A stretch of 17,860 nucleotides of DNA from an uncultured archaeon (GTDB lineage Archaea > Asgardarchaeota > Thorarchaeia > Thorarchaeales > CAZPUN01), in NCBI GenBank assembly GCA_964589775.1, contig CAZPUN010000034.1:1-17860 (forward strand), given 5' to 3'. The first letter of the stretch is position 1. Each line of letters begins with the position of its first letter. The position numbers were made by a program, and so were the translations under genes. Shown here piece by piece: positions 8,833 to 15,918 of the stretch. A model generated the notes under the pieces. The model made no database searches and was not told the DNA's origin. It saw only the letters and a program-made list of their open reading frames with translations.

Positions 8833-10176
8833 ATGAGAGATCTAACACGCATATCTATTGCTGTGTTCTTAATCGTCCTTATGCTAGCTCCTGGTGTATC
8901 TGCATGGCCTCCAACAACGTGGACTCCAGGGGAAGAGGTGAAAATTACTGGACACAGCTTCTCTGAAGAATATTGGACTAACTCTTCAATTCCTGTTAGC
9001 ATAACTGAAGGTAATGCTTCATTTACTGCTTCCTATGTTAACCTAAGCGGAGCTGAGGTCCTTCTTCTAGCTTTCAATCGCTTAGAAAGAAATAATATTA
9101 ATGCTACTTTGCCATACCAGTTGCTTTGTATTCATTATGTAACTCCTGATGGAAATGAAGTTTTCATAGGCTCTGTGTTTGCATTCTTGCTCGCGTATAA
9201 TGATACCTATGGCAATAATGGAATTCCAGACCCCGGTCATGAAAATATCTATTACATATTTCCTGTTGGTTTAGGAAATAACAATACGCCACTTGAAGAA
9301 CAACCTACCGTAGAGGCAATTCCAGTACAAAAGACTCTTGATGGTCATTACAAGTTTGGTATGCGCTATAAGAACTTGTATGCGAAAATCATTGGTGCAA
9401 ATAGTTGGGCTGAATTTCTAATTTCCTTAATATCTCCTGCATACATTGCTCAATTCTCAGAATTGACAATTATGTATGATGTATGGCTTGATTCATCTAC
9501 CGGAAAATTACATGTGGAATCTTACTATACTATTGGTCAAATCCAACATATTTGGGTATTTGGACACGAACAAGACCTATCAAACTTTCCACCAACATTT
9601 GGTGTTACTGCTGTTCATTATGTAGGCGTATTTACGTCCAAATATAATATGACTTATTCAAATACCGGTGAAATTGTAAGTCCCACTCAAAATACACCAC
9701 TTAATGACAATATTACAATTCGTGTTGGAAACAATGAACGTGCATTTGATATTGGCTTAGGCAGAAGCTATGAACTAATAAATGAAACATCTGGTGCAAC
9801 TGTCGCTACTGGACAAGCTAAAAACTTACTCGTTGCTGCCAATCCATTGGATCTTGCATTAATTGCATGGCAAGCGCCATTAAGCCTCGGCTTGTTTGCC
9901 ACATTTGCATATGCATTATCTGGATACCTACAAAGCCACTATTCCGGTCCAGCAGACCTGTTATTGCATGGAACAAGTGCGTTCAAGGGCAATACACTCT
10001 GGTACGGTGTTGCTTTCTCAGACTGGCGCGGTCTTAGAATTTATCAAGATCCTGCATATGTTGCATATACGAATCTAAGCACTCCATCAGTTACCAGCTC
10101 AGGCTCTATGGGTCTCTTAGTAATTGGTGGTGTTGTTCTTCTAGCAGTAGTAGTCATATTGAAGAAGAGGCATTAA
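8833..10176 (+). CDS. Secreted, C-terminally membrane-anchored surface glycoprotein of unknown family
   Basis: ATG 8833 with SD GGAGG. Signal peptide MRDLTRISIAVFLIVLMLAPGVSA. Many N-x-S/T sequons, a Ser/Thr linker, a C-terminal TM helix and basic tail KKRH. Confidence 0.8.
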   Translation: MRDLTRISIAVFLIVLMLAPGVSAWPPTTWTPGEEVKITGHSFSEEYWTNSSIPVSITEGNASFTASYVNLSGAEVLLLAFNRLERNNINATLPYQLLCIHYVTPDGNEVFIGSVFAFLLAYNDTYGNNGIPDPGHENIYYIFPVGLGNNNTPLEEQPTVEAIPVQKTLDGHYKFGMRYKNLYAKIIGANSWAEFLISLISPAYIAQFSELTIMYDVWLDSSTGKLHVESYYTIGQIQHIWVFGHEQDLSNFPPTFGVTAVHYVGVFTSKYNMTYSNTGEIVSPTQNTPLNDNITIRVGNNERAFDIGLGRSYELINETSGATVATGQAKNLLVAANPLDLALIAWQAPLSLGLFATFAYALSGYLQSHYSGPADLLLHGTSAFKGNTLWYGVAFSDWRGLRIYQDPAYVAYTNLSTPSVTSSGSMGLLVIGGVVLLAVVVILKKRH

Positions 10177-10200
10177 TCTCTTTTTCTTTCTTTTTTCTTT
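10177..10200 (+). terminator. Archaeal oligo-T terminator
   Basis: TCTCTTTTTCTTTCTTTTTTCTTT immediately follows the stop codon at 10176. Confidence 0.65.
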
Positions 10201-10324
10201 ATTAGTGGTATGATATTCATATCTTACATTAATGTTTTCTCAAAAAACTATGTGTTGTTTGATGTTTATGTTGTTTTGATATATAATTTACGATTAAAAT
10301 TGTTAAACAATTCAAAAGAAGTTT

Positions 10325-10508
10325 GATGGGTGGAAATGTGGCGGACCTGTGGGAAAAGTAGTAATTTATTTTTTTTGTAGGGGACCTTCAAAGTTTTTGA
10401 CGAACGCACGCACGTCCGCATATTGGGAGGGATGTCAACTTTTTTTCGTGTTGACTCTTGGGAGAGGGATAACATATACCACAGGTCTTTCGCCTTTCCA
10501 TCCCGACT
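10325..10508 (-). ncRNA. Candidate structured ncRNA closed by a canonical bulge-helix-bulge (BHB) motif
   Basis: GC-enriched island in AT-rich intergenic DNA. Minus-strand arms UGGAAA-GGCG-[AAA]-GACCUGUGG and CCACAGGUC-CGCC-[ACA]-UUUCCA form a 6-bp helix, a 4-bp central helix with a 3-nt bulge 3' of it on each strand, and a 9-bp helix. It has its own TATA and a downstream T-tract. Confidence 0.75.
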
Positions 10509-10531
10509 ACACTTTCTATTCCACAAACAAA

Positions 10532-10545
10532 TATTTAAGTTTTAC
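10532..10545 (-). promoter_or_regulatory. BRE/TATA promoter for the BHB RNA
   Basis: Minus strand GTAAAACTTAAATA, with TTAAATA at 10538-10532. Standard archaeal spacing puts the start at about 10507-10510, a few nt before the outer helix. Confidence 0.55.
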
Positions 10546-10923
10546 TAAATATATTACGCGTAATTTGTAATATCTCTATTTTTTGATTATATTATTAAGA
10601 ACTGTACAAGAGTAATTGAGAATCTATTGCTAATTATATGAATATATTGCGAAATTCTAAAGTTGATTTTATGTATTTTGGGAAGTTTTCAAAATTTATT
10701 GTAGATCATAATGTTTTAAATTATCAAAAGCCATCAGAAAATTTAATTAATAGTAATACAAATGAATCATTAAGAAAATTTGAATAGAAAATTGTATGGT
10801 TATCTCCCATAATATTTGATAAATTAGGCATAAAAAATATAAAGAAAATCTAAACATTAAAAAGGTAGGAATACATACAAAGAAAATATAAATATGTGAA
10901 TACACGAAAATGGGGAAATTTAT

Positions 10924-12063
10924 ATGCCAGCAGCATTGTTATTCATTGCATGGGATAGTAAGATTGGTGCAATCTTACAGGCAAAGGTTCCGGTGGATTT
11001 TGCGGATGCCTATACTGAGGATCTAAATACTGAAATCATGAGAATTTTTACTGCTCATGCGTTAGGCGAAGCTGATGCAGGCTTTTCAAGTCTGACAGTC
11101 AAAATCGGTGGCGAAGAGTATAAAGTTGCTAGTTACTATACTGGAATTGTTCGCGAAGAAGAGCAATACTGTGTAAGCTTACTGTTGCAGGGGTCTGAAG
11201 ATCCAAAGGCCTATGAAGGCGCACTAACTTCAATTGTTCCAGGTCTTGTGAATGCTGTTGCACATATGACTGCAGATGAGTTCCAGCATGAATTGGAATT
11301 ATCATTCCGTAAAATTATAAGACTTGCTGGCATGACAGATGAATCGCGTCTTGCACGACTATTCACTGATGAGGTAGCACGTGCTGTCTGGCCTAAGCTA
11401 TGGCGTGGAGGAATATCGAAAGAAGATATGACTGAATGGCTAAAGATGGTAACGGGGCTCGCGTCGATTTCTATAGATTCTGTAATTGCTCCTTTTGAAG
11501 TTCTTGGTTTAGTAAAAGAGGAATGGGTGGATGAAGTCGGGCGAACCTGTCTCTTTCTAGTTAGTGATATTGATGTGTTAAGAGCGCCCCCATTAACCTC
11601 AATTGAAAATGCAAATACTGTTCTTGATCCTGATGAAGTTGCAGATTATAAGAAGATGACTAAGGAATTCTTAGAAGAATGGCAAAAGACTCCTGAAGAC
11701 ACTATCGCGATCGCTGAAATTTTATCAGATCCCGATACTTATGATATTTTGACCATTTTACGTGAGAGACCACATAGTTTAAGTGAAATTGAGGCAAGAG
11801 TGGATATGCCTGCAAGAGACCTAAAAGCCGCCATTCAGAAAATGCTCAAATACAGAGTTATTACTGAGATTAGAAAGCGAAATATGGGCGGCGAATATGA
11901 AAAGTGGTATCTGCTTTTAACAGATATACGAATTCGAAGGTTCTGGCCAGAATATTTCATTTCATCATTAATTCAAGAACTTGAAAAGAATCCTGAAGAT
12001 AAAAAAGCAATTCAAATGGCAAATCAGCATTTACGACTTTTGCGAGAATCATATCCCAGATAA
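10924..12063 (+). CDS. uDENN/longin-domain protein with two tandem winged-helix repeats (NPRL2-like architecture)
   Basis: N-terminal LLFIAWDSKIGAILQAKVP resembles the uDENN/NPRL2 F-[DH]-x3-G-P...P start. Internal duplication: LARLFTDEVARAVWPKL...LFLVSDIDVLRAPP vs IAEILSDPDTYDILTIL...YLLLTDIRIRRFWP. The second copy is clearly wHTH-like (PHSLSEIEARVDMPARDLKAAIQKMLKYRVI). Confidence 0.65.
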   Translation: MPAALLFIAWDSKIGAILQAKVPVDFADAYTEDLNTEIMRIFTAHALGEADAGFSSLTVKIGGEEYKVASYYTGIVREEEQYCVSLLLQGSEDPKAYEGALTSIVPGLVNAVAHMTADEFQHELELSFRKIIRLAGMTDESRLARLFTDEVARAVWPKLWRGGISKEDMTEWLKMVTGLASISIDSVIAPFEVLGLVKEEWVDEVGRTCLFLVSDIDVLRAPPLTSIENANTVLDPDEVADYKKMTKEFLEEWQKTPEDTIAIAEILSDPDTYDILTILRERPHSLSEIEARVDMPARDLKAAIQKMLKYRVITEIRKRNMGGEYEKWYLLLTDIRIRRFWPEYFISSLIQELEKNPEDKKAIQMANQHLRLLRESYPR

Positions 12064-12186
12064 ATATGTAATATTGTAATATTTCCTGGGATATTATATT
12101 TTCTTTATCCAAAGCATCATTTATATATACTATTTGAAAACTTATATATATTAGAGATTATCTAAAATTAAACCGGTGGGACTTAA

Positions 12187-13131
12187 TTGATTCATAATGT
12201 ATACGTTCTAAACAAAAAAACAGGTGAAATACTATTTCACAAGTCATTTTGGTTTACCGAAATTACAGAACGTATGTTAAAAGACGTAATCGACACGATT
12301 GACAAGCTAGAGGAATCTGAAGATAGCATAGAGACTGAATTTGGAATTGATCGTTTAGTCATACATCTACTTAATCCTCGTGATATTGAGATTGCATTTG
12401 CATATGAGACATTTGGAGATTTAGTTTTTCTTGTTTGTGGCGACCCATCGGAAAACGAAAAAGAGCTTCTTAAGAAAGCGACAAAAATTAAGGATCACTG
12501 GATCAAAACATTTGGTTTAGATAGAACTACACCTTTAAATGAAGATGAGCAAAGGGAATTCTTGGTTAAGGTAAATGAGACTGTAGTTAGCCTACTAAAA
12601 ATCGCTTTGATTGGTCCTGGTGGTGTAGGAAAAACATCTATTGTAAAACTTGTTACAACAGGCGAACCAACTTCAGAATATGTTCCCACTATGGCACCAG
12701 ATATGCGTCCTATGGGATCATTGGTTGAACAAATTATGAAAGGCAAAGAAATCAGTGAAAAATATGAATGGATTGTATTAGGCAATAAAATAATTATAGC
12801 ATGGGACCTTCCTGGTCAGGAAATGTTTAGGACGTTTTGGAAAGTGTATCTAAAAGATGCGGACGGCGTTCTATTAGTAATGAAATCAACATTACAAGGA
12901 GTAATAACTGCGAAAAAAATTTTGGATTTGATTAAGGAATATTCTCCAAACACTCCTGTATGGGCTATTGCGAACTTTCAGGACCTTCCCAATGCTTTGA
13001 AACCGGATATGATCGAGCGAATAATTGGAATTCCGACATTTCCAATGGTTGCAATTGATCCTAATAGGCGTACTGAAATGATACGAATTATACGTGCAAT
13101 TGCATTGGAAAAAGAAGCTGCATACCTATGA
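12187..13131 (+). CDS. Longin domain fused to an Arf-related small GTPase
   Basis: TTG start with SD GGTGGG. N-terminal MIHNVYVLNKKTGEILFHKSF is AP sigma/mu-type longin-like. G1 GPGGVGKTS, G2 YVPT, G3 WDLPGQ followed by Arf-like FRTFWKVY, G4 variant NFQD. Confidence 0.85.
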   Translation: MIHNVYVLNKKTGEILFHKSFWFTEITERMLKDVIDTIDKLEESEDSIETEFGIDRLVIHLLNPRDIEIAFAYETFGDLVFLVCGDPSENEKELLKKATKIKDHWIKTFGLDRTTPLNEDEQREFLVKVNETVVSLLKIALIGPGGVGKTSIVKLVTTGEPTSEYVPTMAPDMRPMGSLVEQIMKGKEISEKYEWIVLGNKIIIAWDLPGQEMFRTFWKVYLKDADGVLLVMKSTLQGVITAKKILDLIKEYSPNTPVWAIANFQDLPNALKPDMIERIIGIPTFPMVAIDPNRRTEMIRIIRAIALEKEAAYL

Positions 13132-13308
13132 TGAATCATTTTCATCTATTAATTTCATCAATGCATTATCGTTCCACAATTCTTTTTTTAACAGGTCTCT
13201 TATTGCGACTCTAATCGCTTCACTTACGTTTGGAAACACTCCATTTTTCACAAGAATTTTCAGTCCTTTTAGGTATAAATCTTCAATTTTAAGTGAAATC
13301 GTTTTCAT
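13126..13308 (-). CDS. Ribbon-helix-helix (CopG/Arc/MetJ, CdrS-like) DNA-binding protein
   Basis: MKTISLKI beta strand followed by LVKNGVFPNVSEAIRVAIRDLL, matching the G-x-F-P-N-x-SEAIR pattern of archaeal RHH proteins. SD-like GTGA upstream. Confidence 0.85.
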   Translation of the reverse strand: MKTISLKIEDLYLKGLKILVKNGVFPNVSEAIRVAIRDLLKKELWNDNALMKLIDENDSS

Positions 13309-13457
13309 GGCAAATCACTTTATTAAGGAGTTACGCTCTAATAATAAATTGAAAGAAACATTAATATGTACCTCGACTACACTAAGAGATAATATTTTAT
13401 AGGTGCTGCTCCAAATAATCATTATTATTAATGCATTAAATAATTAATGTGGTGGCA

Positions 13458-14003
13458 ATGGCTGACTCACAAAATTACGATTTTATCAGGAAGATACTCC
13501 TCTTGGGAGAAGGCGGAGTTGGAAAAACTTCTATTATTAATAGATATATTCACATGACTTTCTCAGACCAGTACTTTATGACCATTGGGGCTCAGTTTGC
13601 AGTAAGCATAGTGCATGTCAAAAAGTACGATAAGCGAGTAAAACTAAGCATTTGGGATCTTGCAGGAGAGCAGAGGTTCAACTTTGTTCAAGCATCGTAC
13701 TTTAAAGGTCTTAAAGGAAGCTTTGTTGTATTTGATGTCACTAATAAGCGCTCCTTTAAAATGGTACCAAATTGGCTTAATTCAATAAAAGAGAATAGTA
13801 CTGAAGATCCAATTATTTTTCTCGTAGGTAATAAAATAGATCTTGAAGACCGAGTTATCTCAAGAGAGGAAGCCGAAGCCTTCGCGAAAGAGCATAATTT
13901 GGAATATTATGAAACAAGTGCGAAAGAAGGTATTGGAATAAACGAAATTTTTGAAAATATGGCTGCCAAATTAGTTGAAAAATGGATGAATGAATCCATG
14001 TAA
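13458..14003 (+). CDS. Rab-like small GTPase without a C-terminal prenylation motif
   Basis: G1 GEGGVGKTS, G2/RabF1 TIGAQF, RabF2/G3 KLSIWDLAGEQRF, RabF4 SYFKG, RabF5 VVFDVT, G4 GNKID, G5 ETSAK. No cysteine at the C-terminus. ATG 13458 follows SD GGTGG. Confidence 0.93.
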   Translation: MADSQNYDFIRKILLLGEGGVGKTSIINRYIHMTFSDQYFMTIGAQFAVSIVHVKKYDKRVKLSIWDLAGEQRFNFVQASYFKGLKGSFVVFDVTNKRSFKMVPNWLNSIKENSTEDPIIFLVGNKIDLEDRVISREEAEAFAKEHNLEYYETSAKEGIGINEIFENMAAKLVEKWMNESM

Positions 14004-14011
14004 TCTTTTAA

Positions 14012-14096
14012 TTTTCCCTTTTGCTTCAGCTACCCTAGGGTACGCACATCTTGTTCATTTCACGTGAGACAGGTTCATCATCAGCATAGGGGAAAA
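14012..14096 (-). ncRNA. Box C/D sRNA (2'-O-methylation guide) with two guides against LSU rRNA domain V
   Basis: Minus strand: terminal stem UUUUCCC..UGCU/AGCA..GGGAAAA, box C AUGAUGA (14081-14075), guide ACCUGUCUCAC, D' GUGA (14063-14060), degenerate C', guide CCCUAGGGUAG, box D CUGA (14029-14026). The guides complement the conserved LSU rRNA motifs GUGAGACAGGU and CUACCCUAGGG(AUAAC), as recalled from known sequences. Confidence 0.88.
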
Positions 14097-14120
14097 TACT
14101 ATTTCTGAATTTATATTGAA

Positions 14121-14137
14121 AATATAAATGCTTTTTG
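14121..14137 (-). promoter_or_regulatory. BRE/TATA promoter for the C/D sRNA
   Basis: Minus strand CAAAAAGCATTTATATT; the TATA ends about 24 nt before the 5' end of the terminal stem. Confidence 0.55.
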
Positions 14138-14181
14138 AATATAGAAAAAAGAGAAGAAAACGGAATTTTTGTTTTTGTCTT

Positions 14182-15918
14182 TTAGTGTATGAATAGGTCT
14201 ATGAAATCAAATTTACTCACTTGAACTAATCCTTTGTCTGTCAATTTTAATTCTGGAATTACTGGTAGTGAAAGGAATGACATTGCTAAGAATGGATCTT
14301 CTAATTTTGTTCCCATATCATGTGCATGCTCTTTGAGGCTTAGAATTTTATCTCTAACGAATTCGTATTTCTGGTCGGACATCAAACCTGCTATTGGTAA
14401 AGGTAATGAATCGACAATCTCTCCACCTCGAGAAATCGCAATTCCACCTTGCATCTTTACGATTTTTACGGCGGCATTCATCATATCATCATCATTAGTT
14501 CCAACAACTACAATATTATGAGAGTCATGTGCAATTGATGATGCCATTGCACCATCCTGAATTCCGATTCCTTTGACAAATCCTCTTCCTATGTTTCCTG
14601 ATGCATTATGGCGTTCAATAACAATTATTTTTAGGATGTCATTATCTATGTCCGCAATTGCATTACCATTTTCTGATGGAATTGGTTCCACTAAATGTTT
14701 AGTTACTATCTCATTCGGAATGACGCCTATTACATTTGCTTGTTTTCCTTTTGCTTTGATTTTGAAATCCTCTATTTCGATCCATTTCACGTTAATTGCC
14801 CTTCGGATCGGTGGAGAGGTAATTCCCTGTGAGATTTCCAATAGCTTTCCTGATTTTGCTACCAGTCGACCTGCTTTGAATACTTTTTCAACTCTTATGT
14901 TTTCCAGATCTGACAAAATAAGCAAGTCTGCAATATATCCTGGAGCTATAGCGCCTTTCTTCTTTAGCCCATAGTGTTCTGCAGCACTTCTACTTGCAGC
15001 TCTAATTGCTGTAACTGGATCTACACCTTGTTCAATCGCCCTTTTGACAAGATAGTTTATGTGCCCTTCTCGTGTTATATCAAGTAAGTTTCTATCATCA
15101 GTGGCAAACATGCATTGTGATACTGTATACTGATTTAGTATTGGTATTAGCGTATCTAGATTTTTTGCTGTTGAGCCTTCACGAATCTGTATCTTCATGC
15201 CTTTTCTTAGTTTCTCTTGGGCTTCATCAAGCTGGAAGCATTCGTGATCTGTGCTTATGCCTGCTGAAATATATGCATTTAGCTGATTTCCACGTAGTCC
15301 GGGAGCATGCCCATCGATTTTTTTACCTTGTGCATATTTAATTTTATCAAGGACTTCTTGTACGCCATTAATTACGCCGGGAAAGTTCATCATTTCTGCG
15401 AGACCCAGTATCCAATCCTCATTCAGAAACGGCTGTAGGTCTAGTGCATCAAGATTTGCTCCATTTGTTTCTAGATGAGTAGCTGGAACACACGATGGAA
15501 ACATAAGATATATGTCAAGGGGTAATGTTCGAGAACTTTTCATAATATATGTGATACCTTCAAGACCAAGAACATTAGCAATTTCATGAGGATCTATTAT
15601 AACTGATGTTGTACCAAGTGGCACTACAGCCCTACTAAATTCAAAAGGGGTTACCATTGAAGATTCAATGTGTACATGTGCATCGATGAATCCAGGTACA
15701 ACATATTTATTTTTCAGATTGTATGTTTTTTCTCCTTTATATTTTCCAATCCCTACAATGAGTCCTGATTGTATGGCAACATCGCCATTTTCAATTTCAC
15801 CACTGAAGACGTTTACAATGTTTGCGTTTTTCAACACTATTTCTGCAGGTTTATTACCTAGTGCAACGTCTATTATTTCTTTCAAGTCATAGATTTTCCA
15901 TGCGTGCTTTTCTTCCAT
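14182..15918 (-). CDS. ade: Adenine deaminase (amidohydrolase superfamily)
   Basis: Motifs PGFIDAHVHIESSM, DPHEIANVLG, PSCVPAT, GLAEMMNFPGV, DGHAP, TDHEC, IREGS, TDDR, AHDSHN and LSLPVIPELKLTDKGL. Confidence 0.97.
   Translation of the reverse strand: MEEKHAWKIYDLKEIIDVALGNKPAEIVLKNANIVNVFSGEIENGDVAIQSGLIVGIGKYKGEKTYNLKNKYVVPGFIDAHVHIESSMVTPFEFSRAVVPLGTTSVIIDPHEIANVLGLEGITYIMKSSRTLPLDIYLMFPSCVPATHLETNGANLDALDLQPFLNEDWILGLAEMMNFPGVINGVQEVLDKIKYAQGKKIDGHAPGLRGNQLNAYISAGISTDHECFQLDEAQEKLRKGMKIQIREGSTAKNLDTLIPILNQYTVSQCMFATDDRNLLDITREGHINYLVKRAIEQGVDPVTAIRAASRSAAEHYGLKKKGAIAPGYIADLLILSDLENIRVEKVFKAGRLVAKSGKLLEISQGITSPPIRRAINVKWIEIEDFKIKAKGKQANVIGVIPNEIVTKHLVEPIPSENGNAIADIDNDILKIIVIERHNASGNIGRGFVKGIGIQDGAMASSIAHDSHNIVVVGTNDDDMMNAAVKIVKMQGGIAISRGGEIVDSLPLPIAGLMSDQKYEFVRDKILSLKEHAHDMGTKLEDPFLAMSFLSLPVIPELKLTDKGLVQVSKFDFIDLFIH

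Noticed and set aside
10325-10508. tRNA, SRP RNA, RNase P RNA, 5S rRNA, riboswitch, C/D or H/ACA identity for the BHB RNA
   Set aside because: No T-loop GTTCRAATC, SRP helix 8 motif, GAGGAAAGUCC, RUGAUGA box or convincing pseudouridylation pocket found by eye. An Rfam search is still needed.
10266-10570. Track ORFs 10266-10526 (-) and 10349-10570 (+), and the idea that the BHB intron interrupts a protein gene
   Set aside because: No protein-like features and both overlap the structured RNA. Removing 10338-10488 by hand gives only a short, unconvincing frame, and the predicted transcript start lies inside the minus ORF.
10325-10920. Replication origin (inverted ORB-like TGGAAA boxes plus AT-rich DNA) or MITE
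   Set aside because: No TCCA-x-x-GAAAC...GGGG ORB consensus and no cdc6/orc1 in the window. The asymmetric 3-nt bulges fit an RNA BHB better than terminal inverted repeats, and no target duplication is seen.
14031-14042. 12-bp palindrome TACCCTAGGGTA as an operator
   Set aside because: Largely explained by the D-box guide of the C/D sRNA, which complements the self-complementary rRNA sequence CUACCCUAGGG.
14234-15892. Several + strand ORFs inside the adenine deaminase gene (likewise short nested ORFs at 113, 554, 980, 2085, 2573, 3185, 3378, 5190, 5730, 6251, 7171, 7360, 8772, 9896, 12495, 13094, 16192, 16711, 17547)
   Set aside because: Antisense or alternate-frame shadows of well-supported genes, with no motifs.
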